This document shows, one piece after another, positions 34,704 through 46,656 of a stretch of DNA of 64,000 nt. Below the pieces are notes generated by a model. That model was given only the letters and a program-made list of their open reading frames with translations, did no database searches and was not told the DNA's origin. The stretch's first letter is position 1; every line of letters starts with the position of its first letter. The position numbers and the translations under genes were made by a program. This stretch comes from Oikopleura dioica (lineage: Eukaryota > Animalia > Chordata): assembly GCA_907165135.1 (NCBI GenBank), contig OU015570.1, positions 2,563,929 to 2,627,928 of the forward strand, read 5' to 3'.

Positions 34704-35414
34704 GCTCGCCGTTCTTCTTAGAAATAAGATTTTTTGAAATTTCTTTTTGTAAATTATATCTCGAAATCTTCTGCTTTCTCTTCAAATTCTTAGTTTTTCT
34801 CTATCATTCTTGGTTGACGAGCTAGCGAGAAAAAGAGAAGCCTAACTTCAAAAGGCATCAAGTCTTGCAAACTTAATATTTTCTTCATAAAACTAGCACC
34901 ATAGAAAAGAGCGTTAAATTCTGAACAGATCCCACCCAATCAGCTAGATTAACTAATTACTAACTGGAGATAGAGGCCAGATAAACAAAATAACTTAGCG
35001 CCCGCCCAGCGGGTATCATGTCCAGGAAGCCCAAAATAGCTAAATCGGAGCGTCCAGCCGTGCCGCGACCAGCTGCGCGCGCTAAGTAATTCTCTTTATC
35101 TGGCCTTACACGCCGATAGGTACCGATTTAGTTTAGCTAATTGGGTGGAATCTGTTCAGAATTTAACGTTGTTTTCAGTGGTGCTAGTTTCATGAAGAAA
35201 AAATTAAGTTTGCAAGACTTGATGCCTTTTGAAGTTGGGCTTCTCTTTTTCTCGCTAGCTCGTCAACCAAGAATGATAGAGAAAAACTAAGAATTGGAAG
35301 AGAAAGCTGAAGATTTGGAGATACAATTTACAAAAAGAAATTTCAAAAAATCTTATGTCTAAGAAGAACGGCGAGCGAGTGAAGTTTGGCTCAGCGCTGC
35401 TCGCCCAGGTCCCT
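34704..35414. mobile_element. Palindromic foldback MITE (second copy 45434-46111)
   Basis: Arms of roughly 250-330 bp are reverse complements. Right terminus cccaggtccct|taaa; the left terminus is lost. Confidence 0.8.
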
Positions 35415-37348
35415 TAAAATGAAGAAAATGTCCACAAAGTTGGGGTCCACAAAAGAGGAAAAAAACTGTATAAAACATGGACTTTCTCCAAATGTGTCCT
35501 TTGAATTGAACTCAAGGTGATTCTTTTTTTTCATTATTTCAAATATAATATTCGAAGAACATGTCTGAAAAAAGATAAACATGACAAATGCTAAGAAAAA
35601 AGATATGAAGAGATTCTAGTGAAGACCTCAAAGAACAGTGACGTGGAGAAGACAATTACTGAGCTTTTTCGATAGAAAAATGGTCTGTAAATTCGTCTGC
35701 GTGTTTATACACGCCTATTTAATGATAGATTGGAACTCTTGGACACAAATCTAAGTGAAAATTTGAAGAGAAAAAATCATCAAAGAGTACCGAAAAAGAG
35801 AAATAAAAAGTATCATTTTTTACACTGCAACTTTCAGATATTGAATAGAAATTGAAAGAAAGTGGCCTTAAAGTGGATTTGTTGAGGATGACAGATTTGA
35901 GGATTTTCCGAAAAAGTGGCCTTAAAAAAATCACTGTACTACTTGTATCCACGTTCAAAAACTATAGCCAACGAGGGTACTGGTACTCACATTCATCATC
36001 TGGAGCGAGTGTGAGTGATACGTGACCGCATACCACCTGCAGAATAGTGTTCGAAAAAGATCTTCATTTACAGACGAAATCTCATCAGTCGATTGAAATT
36101 TAAATAATACACACTTCTTAAAGGCTCTTATGTCAAAAAAAATGAAAAAGGAAAGATATCATTGGCTAGCTTGGCTAAGGTGATCCGTTTGCTTCGATTT
36201 TGGTTGAACCCTTTTTTGAGAATGAACCAGATCAGATTCGTCAGACCAAGCGGTCGGTTAGAAAATGTCCTTAATCTGCTACGAAATTTAACATTTGCTT
36301 TAAGGGATCCCCCCTGTTTTTTCAACTCTTTGTTAAGGGTCTATGTTCGTTATTTTTAGATTCCTCGTTTTCTGAGGATCATTTTGATGTGTCACAAGAC
36401 CCCCTTACGAACATCTAACTCCGAGATTTTGGCCTTCAAAAGTTGCATAATGCATATAAAATGTACTTAGCGTGAAAATCGGATTTTTCCGGTTTTTTAA
36501 TGTCATCTAAATAAGCCATATAAGGATTCTTTCGAAAGCTTAGAGTCCGCCGATTAAGAATATAATAAACGCATTAGAAATTTTTGCCCATTTGTTGGCG
36601 CTAGGAAGCAATGAAAGACCAAAAAACGCCAAAAATGGCTAAAGATGGTTGTTCTGAAGAAATTTTTTTTATTACTTGACCTAATGGGCTCTCTGTACTA
36701 AAAATTGAAGATTAGGCTCTATTCTACCGCGATTGGCATTTCTGACTGACTGATTCTGATTTTCGAGTGAAATAGCTAATCAACCAATTAAAATTTGACT
36801 TAAGTGTCTCTTCTTTGAGAGTTCCGTCAAACCAATGACGCCTTCGCAATCTACGTTACAAATCTCCTATGTTTTTAGCATGGAGAATTGTAACGTCAAT
36901 GTGCATCTTTCAAAAATCAGTCAGTCAGGACTGCCAATCTTGTCTCAGATCGAGTCTATCTAAACCCGAATCGAAATTCTCGAAGAGAAGATTAAAATAA
37001 ACTTCAGTTATTTTCCTCTTTTGTGGACATTTTTTGTCCCCATTTTTCGAAAAAATGTCAACAAAAGTGGACAAAAGCTTCAGAAAAAAGTCCCGCCATA
37101 GTCACTTAAAATTTTTTTACATACGTTTTTATGGACAAATGGCAAAATTGATCGTCGAAGCGCTTTTTTATTGATTATATAATATAATTTATATTTCGCC
37201 TTATGATAAGAATGCCTCTTAAAACCACCTTTTTCTTAGAAAAAACATTAGGTTTTGTAAAGAATATGCAACTTTTGCGTCATAAATTTTTTCAGCAGGA
37301 AAAATGTCCACAAAAGTGGAACATCACTATGGATCTCTTAATATAATA

Positions 37349-37597
37349 TGCACCTGCAGTACCTGCAAGGAAAGAGGCCTTTATTGAATACGCATGTGAC
37401 GCTTTATTCAGACTGGTGAAGGCAGCGAGTGAACTTGCTTATATAGCAAAAGGTCCGGAAAGGACAAGTCCGGCTTAACTTCCACGCCACTTCCATTACC
37501 TGATAATCATCGTTGAAAGTGGTGCTGGAAGTACGCCGGACAAATCTTATCCGGTGTAGGCCAGAGTCAGAGTTAAGCTCAGAACTCCGGCCTCACA
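37349..37597 (-). mobile_element. 3' LTR of a 5'-truncated LTR element (left boundary uncertain, 37349-37364)
   Basis: Minus strand: purine-rich gggggtgag, then TGTG..., TATATAA, two AATAAA, ...TGCA. Confidence 0.5.
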
Positions 37598-37678
37598 CTC
37601 ACCCCCGTTTTTAAAGAAAGACTATTACACACAAGTAAAGATAGAGAACAGAAGAAGCACAGATAGTGAATACAGAGT

Positions 37679-38386
37679 TTAGTATCTAGAGACTTGGTTT
37701 TTTAATAGAGTTTTCGGGGGAGTGTAAGTAGTTCGTTTTCGCTTATCAGAGCGTTCTCGAAGAAGACTTTCTGGACTTCCTTCGAAAAGCTTACTGTAAG
37801 TGAAATTAATTGCAGTGAGCAGAACCTTTCTCATAGTCTCAGGCCTAGTGCGGATTCGTGAGTATAACTGCTGAGCAACGAATCCGGGTCTAATCTGTCT
37901 ACGGGGAGGAGGTAAATTCAACATCAAGAGCAATTTGTAAGGATCACAGACCTCAAGTGGAACTGTAGATCTTTCAATTAGTCTAGGACTAAAAACCGCT
38001 ATAGAGACAAATAAAATGACCTCGTCCGAAAAAGATACCGCGGTTTCGATATTAATCAAGTTTTCAAGACAACGCTCTGGCAGTCTTTCTTGATTCATCC
38101 CTAGGTTATTCAGAGCTTCAATAGCGAGCGGGGCGTGAATTTTACCGATCGTGCTGTTTTCTAGAAACGAGTACAGTCGTTTCGCGCTCTCCTTTTTTTG
38201 CTCGTCTTTTGAATTCAAATTCTGAGAAAGAACCTTACCAACGAATTCTCTTAAGGAGAAATACCTATCCGAAAGTATTTTCGATTTCAGCCTAAGAACG
38301 CTCAAAGCGGATCCTGAAGAAGAAAGAAGCAACAGATGCCCTATATGCCGGACTGATTTCGAATACCGGAATCTTCGCCAAATCAT
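37679..38386 (-). CDS. Unknown 235-aa ORF, probably the terminal ORF of the truncated LTR element
   Basis: Long ORF ending ~80 nt before the putative PPT/LTR. No recognisable domain. Confidence 0.45.
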   Translation of the reverse strand: MIWRRFRYSKSVRHIGHLLLLSSSGSALSVLRLKSKILSDRYFSLREFVGKVLSQNLNSKDEQKKESAKRLYSFLENSTIGKIHAPLAIEALNNLGMNQERLPERCLENLINIETAVSFSDEVILFVSIAVFSPRLIERSTVPLEVCDPYKLLLMLNLPPPRRQIRPGFVAQQLYSRIRTRPETMRKVLLTAINFTYSKLFEGSPESLLRERSDKRKRTTYTPPKTLLKNQVSRY

Positions 38387-38719
38387 CCGAGCTGAACGAC
38401 ACTTGTAATCATCGTCATTTTTGTCTCCTTAGTTTTTTTGTTCTTTTTTCATCCAATTTCTCGTGCAAATTTCGACAAATAAACTCATTATATCTAGGGT
38501 CCACACGCAAAAATCGGCTTTTTTTTTGGGCTTAGTAAGGGGATTTTCATTCGATGGATCCTTTAAATTAGTGTTCAAGGAACATTTTAAAGTTTAGAAG
38601 AAAAAAATTTTTTTTGAAAAATTTGTCATGACGGGTACCCAAAGTACCCGTTTTGGGTACTTATTCCTATATATTCTTTCTACAAAGGTTTATAAGTATT
38701 ATTTTTCTTAAAATCTTCG

Positions 38720-39135
38720 AACCGCGATCCAACCTGGCGGTTAACCAGGTGGTTACTCGCGGTTCAACAATAAAAACGGCCAAAATCCTGCCAATATGGG
38801 TATCAATCGAATTGTTATCGAACAGAGAATCTTTTGCGAACAAACCGCGGTCCAACCAGGCGGTTAACCAGGTGGTTATGCGCGGTTCATCAATTAACCA
38901 GGCTGAAAACCTACCAATATGGGTATCAATCGGATCATTATCAAACAGAGAATCTTTTGCGATCAAACCGCGGTCCAACCAGGCGGTTAACCAGGTGGTT
39001 ATGCGCGGTTCATCAATTAACCAGGCTGAAAACCTACCAATATGGGTATCAATCGAATCGTCTTTTAACAGAGAAGTAAATTAGACAAACCGCGGTCCGA
39101 ACCGGCTGGTTATCCGCGGTTGGTCAATGAAACCA
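38720..39135. repeat. 123-bp tandem repeat (about 3.3 copies)
   Basis: aaccgcggtccaaccaggcggttaaccaggtggtta recurs at ~38720, 38843, 38966 and 39088. Confidence 0.9.
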
Positions 39136-40297
39136 GCCAAAATCCCTCGAATATTTGAAGCAGTCGAGTAATTAGCGCCTTCTATTATTTATATGGCTGC
39201 ATTTTAATCAGATCTTTTGGAAAACGTGTGTGTTAATCTTTTATGAAGGGTTTCAGAATGTTTCGGGTGATTCTAAATCTCGATGAAAATTTAATTTACT
39301 TCTTTTAAAACAGAGTTTCTTAAGAAAAAGGGTCATTTCAAAAAAGAGAATGATTGCTAAATACATATTTCTACTCTCGCTCAATTTCCATCAGAGAGAA
39401 GCTACTGATCCACCTGATCTGAACATGGCTCTTAATCTTAGGTAAAAATCTCGCAACTAACCGGAAACAAGAATTAAAATTCAAGGGATTTGGCTCGAAT
39501 TACAAAAGATGACCCAAAACTGTTTTATTTGTATAGAAATTTATACAATACCGATAACAAGCCGGACGACGATGTACGTAAGCGATTGACAGACTATAGA
39601 AGCAAAAAATCCACGGAAAATCAATTTGCAGGAAAAGATAAAGAGTTCCGATTAAATATCCGTTATTTTTTATCACAAGTTTTATCATTCGTCAGATTTT
39701 ATTGCTCGAAATCGTGATACTACAGTCATCTGGCCCGATGACGTTGTGCGATCATATAATCTAGATATGAGAAGTCTTCATCGTAATGTTCAAAATCTTC
39801 TCAAAAAGGATGATTTAAACGAGTACATTATTTTTGGAACGTTTGACTATTTCGGAATAGTCTATTTCAAAAGATTAAAAAAACGCAGAATCTGCGCAAC
39901 TACCTCGGAAATTATTGACCAAGAAACGGATTGATATTATAATCATTTTCATAATCTTAATATTAAATACTTTCTCAATGTTAATCGAAGAAAAAACTTT
40001 TTTTTTACTCAATCTGTAAAAGACGAATTTCATACAACATTTTGGACCCTAAGCCAGCGTGTAATTGATGAGAAATACACAGCAGAAGTAACCGAACCTG
40101 GTGTTCCTGGCTCCTCAAAATCAAGCTCGGGAACATGCGAAAATTTGCATGGGTTTCTAAGTGAGCCCACTTGTATACGAACACGAGCAGTTGTCAAAGC
40201 TCAGAGAGAGCTTTTTGGAGCTTTGGAACACGATAAGACTGATGATCATGAAGACGCGCCGCTTATTAATTCCTGCTCAGATAAGAGTTCAATATTT

Positions 40298-40835
40298 TTG
40301 AATAACGTTAGATAAGGGGACCAAGCCGACCCGAAGGGGAGGCCAGGCCATTTGAATAAAGTAAGATAAGGGGGCCAAGCCGACCCGAAGGGGAGGCCAG
40401 GCCATTTGAAAAGCGTTAGATAAGGGGGCCAAGCCGACCCGAAGGGGAGGCCAGGCCATTTGAAAAGCGTTAGATTAGGGGGCCAAGCCGACCCGAAGGG
40501 GAGGCCAGGCCATTTGAAAAGCGTTAGATTAGGGGGCCAAGCCGACCCGAAGGGGAGGCCAGGCCATTTGAAAAGCGTTAGATTAGGGGCCAAGCCGACC
40601 CGAAGGGGAGGCCAGGCCATTTGAAAAGCGTTAGATTAGGGGCCAAGCCGACCCGAAGGGGAGGCCAGGCCATTTGAAAAGCGTTAGATTAGGGGCCAAG
40701 CCGACCCGAAGGGGAGGCCAGGCCATTTGAAAAGCGTTAGATTAGGGGCAAAGCTGACCCGAAGGGAAAGCGAGGCCATTTTGAATAAATTTCGATCAGG
40801 GGGCAAGCCGACCGGAAGGGGAGGCCAGGCCATTT
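40298..40835. repeat. 53/54-bp minisatellite (about 10 copies)
   Basis: Unit gccaagccgacccgaaggggaggccaggccatttgaaaagcgttagattagggg. Confidence 0.95.
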
Positions 40836-40944
40836 CGGACTAAATTAGATCTGAGCTTAGGAGGATGAACTCTGTATAGATCTTTTTCGCAAAGTTGCGC
40901 CGGATAAATCGACAGTTCGACTTTTTTGTTCGCCAAGAGGGCAA

Positions 40945-41933
40945 TGTTCGCCGACTTTCCCAGATAAAAGGTCGAAATTTTCTATTTTTTATCGCTTTAA
41001 ATTTTTTCATGTTTTCCGTTGTCTTATAAATATATTACGATCATAACTTAGAGGATACAATCAGATTTACACTTTTGAGTCTTCTCAGATGAGTGCTGCC
41101 CTCTGTTCTTCATCAAACATTTCAAACAATCAAGGAAATATTTCCGTGCCTTCGAGGACCGACAGAACCAGAAATGCCTAGCGTGAGCTGGATAAGAAGT
41201 TTATATGGCGTCTTTGAAACGGTGATTGACCCGCATGAGACGGAGTATCTGAATTGGGTCAATGAATTAATAATAGTCGAGTTATTATGAGTATTAAAAC
41301 TTGAGCTGTCAGAACAATATTCTTCGTTCACGAGAACTTTGAGTTGTTTTATACTTGGAAAATCAAGTTAATTAAATAGAAAAAACCATTGTAAAACATC
41401 CTCGATGGCAAAACAAGGAGTGTTTCGTAAATCTGTTTATAAAGGCTGAGCAAATCTAATAATAATTTATTTGAAAAAAAATTTGCTATGCCAAGCTGTC
41501 GAACTGTCGAGCTGTATTGTTAGAACTTTCGATGTTCGCAAAAAATAAGGGTCAAGAATATTGTTCTGACAGCTCAAGTTTTTATACTCATAATAACTCG
41601 ACTATTAATAATTCATTGACCCAATTCAGATACTCCGTCTCATGCGCGTCAATCACCGTTTCAAAGACGCCATATAAACTTCTTATCCAGCTCACGCTAG
41701 GCATTTCTGGTTCTGTCGGTCCTCGAAGGCACGGAAATATTTCCTTGATTGTTTGAAATGTTTGATGAAGAACAGAGGACAGCACTCCTCTGAGAAGACT
41801 CAAAAGTGTAAATCTGATTGTATCCTCTAAGTGATGATCGAAATATATTTAAAAGACAACGGAAAACATGAAAAATTTAAAGCGATAAAAAAATAGAAAA
41901 TTTCGACCTTTTATCTGGGAAAGTCGGCGAACA
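40945..41933. repeat. Inverted repeat with ~380-bp arms and ~229-bp spacer
   Basis: 40945-41324 is the near-identical reverse complement of 41554-41933. No TSD found. Confidence 0.9.
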
Positions 41934-42164
41934 ATGAATATATCTAAACTTAATCTTGTGTTTCTTTATCTCAGTTTCAAAATTTTATCTCTCAAGCATA
42001 AGGCCCTTTTGAGTCGTAGTATTCAATTAAAATATTCGCAATTTTAAAAATTATACTGAGGTTATTGATATTCTTGAACTCGCAAAGACCTTCTCTGGAA
42101 ATTCAAAAGACTTTTTGTGAAAATTGAAAATGACCAGAGGTCCGAGAGCAACAAAACCTCTGCT

Positions 42165-42680
42165 GAAAACTCAAAAACTGGCCTAAGCTCAGTAATACCT
42201 CCGGGAACTGGTCTGATCCCATTACAACCTCTGGAAACTGGTCTGAGCCTAGTTATACCTCCAAAACTGACCTTAGCTCAGTTATAACTCTGGAAACTCG
42301 CCCGTTCCCAGAAATACCTCCGAAAACTGACCTGAGTCCAGTTAAACCTCTGAAAACTGGTCTAAGTTCAGTAATACCGCCGGAAACTGGCCTGAGTCCA
42401 GTCAATTCCTGAAGACTGCTCTAAATCGAACAACACCCTTTATTTGCTTATGTCAATCCGTAAACTATAATATATATTTTTCCTCTCATATTATTTGCAA
42501 TAAAGATGAAAACCTTTTATCTTCTCAGGAATCGCCCCGATCCCAAAAATACCTTCAAGAATCGGCCTGATCCCAAAAATACCTTTGGAATCGGCCTGAG
42601 CCGAGTAATACTTTCAAAAGCTGGTCTTAGCCCAACAATACTCCGTTTCAGCTTGAGCTCAGTCCCCATGCTGGATAAAA
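42165..42680. repeat. Degenerate ~30-bp tandem repeat in two blocks
   Basis: Recurring aaactggYcTRagYYcagtWatacctc-type units. Confidence 0.65.
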
Positions 42681-43748
42681 TCTCTTATTCCAATAACACT
42701 CTGTAGCTGCAAGGAACTCGATAGTGTTGCTCATATTTTTAGCTTGACTTCTGCAATCCAGATAAATTTTCTTTTGTACTTCATATTAACACTTTTCTTG
42801 AATAAAACAACGTTTTTTTATATTTAAGATAATTTATTAAGGATATCAGATGACGATAACGATAAATAAATATCAAGCTTCATTTTACAGAAATAGAAAT
42901 ATTGAGAGTAGCTTACAAAGGAATAAGTGCTTTAGAGTTTCATTTTACTTTCTCTTAGAAGTATAAGTACTGTTCATGCTATTCATCTTCTTGTTTCATT
43001 TTATGTCGAGTGTCAAGAATCTCGCCGCTCGAGCGAACTTGATTCGAAAATAAACCAAAAGAGGGAGTCACATTCTTTGAGATAACCCACTGAGTCCGTC
43101 TATTTGTTTTACCTCTTTGAAACGGAAATCGATTAGTTATTTGATCCTTTGAAAGATGAAATTTCGATCCTGATGATTAGTTCTCATAAAAGTGAATTTC
43201 TTTCTATGTTTGGATGGCTCATGTTATATGTAATTGTCATATAACAATTATTTAATATATCTTGAAATCAGAAATTTTGAAGCTGGGTGCGGCACGATTT
43301 AACGCTTTTTGGTGGTACAATTAATTTTGATGAGCAAATTATGAAGAAATTTCATCATTTTAGTATCCAGAAAGTATTTTTCATTGAAACTTTATCTGAA
43401 AGAACGAAATAGATTTCCGTCATTTTGGGCGAAAAGCGCCATGCCGCGCGCCGCTTTTGCGATACAAACCCTACTCATGTATATATTTGAAAAGTCTCAT
43501 CTCGGGGTCAGTTTTGGGTCTTCGCCTGGCCCCGAACAGGCGGGTGACAAAATGATCGGACCAAGCGGGTGACAAGCTTGGGTGACCAAGCGGGTGACAA
43601 GCATTTTTGAGCAAAAATGCTCATGGCCCTCCGAAAAGTGAACCTTGTGCAGATCAGCTGGACCGTCGCAACAACCCTCTGATCATGATTTTCCTCGGTG
43701 GATTAGCGATTGCCCACTGAGACTCGCTGTTTTTGTTAAAACCAACAT

Positions 43749-43926
43749 AAAAGTTTCTAGAAGGTTATTTTAATAAGTTCAAGTTATTTGAATAAGAAGT
43801 TATTTTAATAACAATTTATTTGAATAACAAGTTATTTTAATAACAAGTTATTTGAATAACAAGTCGTTTAAATAACAAGTTATTTGAATAACTTGAACTT
43901 ATTAAAATAACCTTCTAGAAACTTTT
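43749..43926. repeat. Small palindromic element with internal 16-bp tandem array
   Basis: TIR aaaagtttctagaaggttattttaataagttcaagttatt and its inverse. Internal caagttatttKaataa units. Confidence 0.8.
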
Positions 43927-44769
43927 TTGTTTTTTTTGTTTTCCTTCCTTTGTTTGGATGACTCATGTTTATATTTTATATTGAGTTTAATAATATTTAT
44001 CAATTGTTTACATTTAATATAAATATTTTAACTTGTTTATATATTTCATAAATATTTATAATTATTTACCTTCCTTTGTTTACATTATCTCCATTATTGA
44101 AAAAAGCTTATGTACATACTACTATTATCATTATCAGAAGACAAACCTGTCTGTTCACACGATAGCGATATGATTGGCCGCGTCATATGTGAATTTTCCA
44201 TCGCATCATTATTAATCACGATTATCAATCACGACAAATTTGTTTGACAAGAATTTTCTGTTCCTGAATTCTTACTCTTTATTTTGTTTGACTATTCTAA
44301 ATACTGATTACACAAATTATTAACTGAAGAAAATTTTCAATAAAGCTCTTCTAAATTCATGAGGGGGTGAGTGTGGGGAAGTGCCGCAGCGTCGGATAGA
44401 CCCCCGGCGCTGTTGAGTACGGCCCTGCACCTCATCCCGTTCTCGAAGGGTTAGCGCCGGCGATTTACGAGCCAATAAATAATTTTCTTGCTGACTCGTG
44501 ATTGACAGCTCAGCATTCGGCTCTGGCGATCAATGAGCTTCCGATTAGCCGAAAATCGGAACGATTAGAGCTGCTTGCCGTGTAGCAGTAAATACTCATG
44601 CTTATTTTAGAAGTAAATAGGACCTTTGATGGTGAAAATTTACCCGTGTCCGGCAGCGCCTCTGATTTTTCAGAGCACCATTTTGCCGTGAAATTTGCTG
44701 TCAATCATGTCATGGCACTTTAATTCGTCCTCAAGTGTTGTAAAAAAACCCAGGGTAATAAGAGCGAAA

Positions 44770-45291
44770 TTAACGAGCGAATTGTACGGCGCATTCAGGA
44801 TGAAAGGAGTGAAGACAGCGCAGTGTTACTATGGGGTTCCCCTTTCGACAAATCGGGCATAAACGGCCGTTTGTATGATTCTCCATGTGTGTGGTAAAGA
44901 GACGAAGTCCCATCAAGTCCCAGCAAGCAGGACAATGATCATATTTTTGGCATCGCTCAAAGAAGCAGTTTATGTGAAGAAAGTGCCCACATTTTGCTTT
45001 GATACCCATCTTCATACTTGATTCACTGTCTCGCGTTGAACAAAAAACGCAGACTTCCTCAGGGTTTGGCGTTACTATTCGGCATCCTTCGACGGAAACG
45101 AACATGAAAGTTGTTGTAACGAGCCAATTGATGGGTGTTTCTTCGGCTTTTCTATTGACAGAGCTCGTTCTACCGGCTCTTTCAAGGCGAACACTCGAAA
45201 AATCGTTTCTGTTACTCATGATCTGAATCAGAGTTCTAATAGTTTCTGTCAGCAAACAATAATGGATGTCTTTAACAGCTGAAAATTTCAT
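44770..45291 (-). CDS. RING-H2 finger protein with a second, truncated RING
   Basis: CVFC-x16-CGHFLHINC-x10-CPAC is a complete C3H2C3 RING. CPIC..CLHSFHPEC lacks the last Cys pair. Confidence 0.7.
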   Translation of the reverse strand: MKFSAVKDIHYCLLTETIRTLIQIMSNRNDFSSVRLERAGRTSSVNRKAEETPINWLVTTTFMFVSVEGCRIVTPNPEEVCVFCSTRDSESSMKMGIKAKCGHFLHINCFFERCQKYDHCPACWDLMGLRLFTTHMENHTNGRLCPICRKGNPIVTLRCLHSFHPECAVQFAR

Positions 45292-45433
45292 CGTTTTAGC
45301 TATGTTTCTTCAAAAGAAGAGCTTTTAGCAAAAACTGTAAAAAAAGAACTGTAACAGTATAAATAAAGTTCACTTTCCGTAAAAAAACTTGCGTTTTTCG
45401 CAATCCGTTTTTAGATGCTGGAATTGATGTTAA

Positions 45434-46111
45434 AGGGACCTGGGCGAGCAGCGCGGAGCCGAACTTCACGGGCTCGCAGCTTATCTTAGAAGTGAGATTT
45501 TTAAGAATATCTTTTTGCAAATCATATCTGCAAGCATTCAGCTTTCTAAACCTACTTTCAGAATTTCTCTATCATTATCGGTTGATCTCTATCTCTATCG
45601 GTTGATGAACTAGAGAGAAAAAGAGAAGAGAAACTTCAAAAGGCATCAAGTCCTGCTATTCAAATTTTATCTTCCTGAAACAAGGACCATTGAAAAGCCC
45701 GTTTAATTCTGCACAGATTCCACCTAATGCGCAAAGCTCAATACGTACTTATCGCCAAGTAACGCCAAAAAAACAAAGTTACTTAGCGCGCTCAGCTGGT
45801 CGCGGCGCAGTAGAACGCTCTGATGAAGCTATTTTGGCCTTCCGGGACATGATTCCCGCTGAGCGCGCGCTCAGTTATCTTGTTTATCAAGCCTCTATCG
45901 CCAATAGGTTCTGTCCCGTATTTGCGCATTAGGTGTAATCTGTGCAGAATTTAACAGGCTTTTCAATGGTCCTAGACTAGGACTCCTAGTTTTAGGAAGA
46001 TAAAATTAAGTTCGCAAGACTTGATGCCTTTTGAAGTTGCTCTTCTCTTTTTCTCTCTAGTTCATCAACCGGTAATGATAGAGAAATTCTGAAAGTAGGT
46101 CCAGGTTCCCT
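45434..46111. mobile_element. Palindromic foldback MITE (Kolobok/Harbinger-like ends)
   Basis: TTAA|agggacctgg ... ccaggttccct. Arms are homologous to 34704-35414; the right arm is internally deleted. Confidence 0.75.
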
Positions 46112-46656
46112 TGAACCTGGATTTAGAAGAAATATTCTGCACTAGTTTTGATCCTTGTTTTCATTAATGCGAATTTTTTTGGCTTGATTTGGTGGGGTTA
46201 CGAGTTATTTTCCATTGTAAGTTTGGACAATTGTTAGGCACGCTCCATTAGCTCTCAATCTTGAGAGAACTTATATTGGACATTAACTCTGGTTAAAAGC
46301 TGCGCTTTTCAAAAAACATTTCCCGGTCGTTTTAGATTCCGGTCCCCGGACCACGACCAAAAGTAAATTAGTGTTAGAGCTGTTAGAGCTGAATTAGGTG
46401 CTCTTGAACTCACCTGCAACCGAGCTTTACTATGCCAGCGATGGCGCTAATGATTAGCATTACTTAAACAATAGTAGAGCTCGGAGGCGGGCATTCTTAT
46501 CCTTATCTATCTTGAAAATAAACGTAGAAGCTAAAGCTTCTGAGTTGCCTCCTTATTGCATTCAAGGCTCAGAGCAGAGCAGCCTTGCAGCATTTACATT
46601 TGGTGACTTCGGGTGCTTGGAAGGACCAACGCCCATCAAGAGAAGAGAGAGGAGAG

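Noticed and set aside
38653-40620. ORFs of 100-140 aa with repeated peptides, and similar ORFs at 56388-58317
   Set aside because: They are translations of tandem repeats or MITEs, not genes.
40298-40835. Regular repeats as a CRISPR array (also 5245-5407 and 55765-57860)
   Set aside because: Whole units repeat with no unique spacers, there are no cas genes, and the context is eukaryotic TE sequence.
44400-44465. GC-rich stem ccggcgct/agcgccgg as a ribozyme
   Set aside because: No hammerhead core, and no HDV-like pseudoknot could be assembled.
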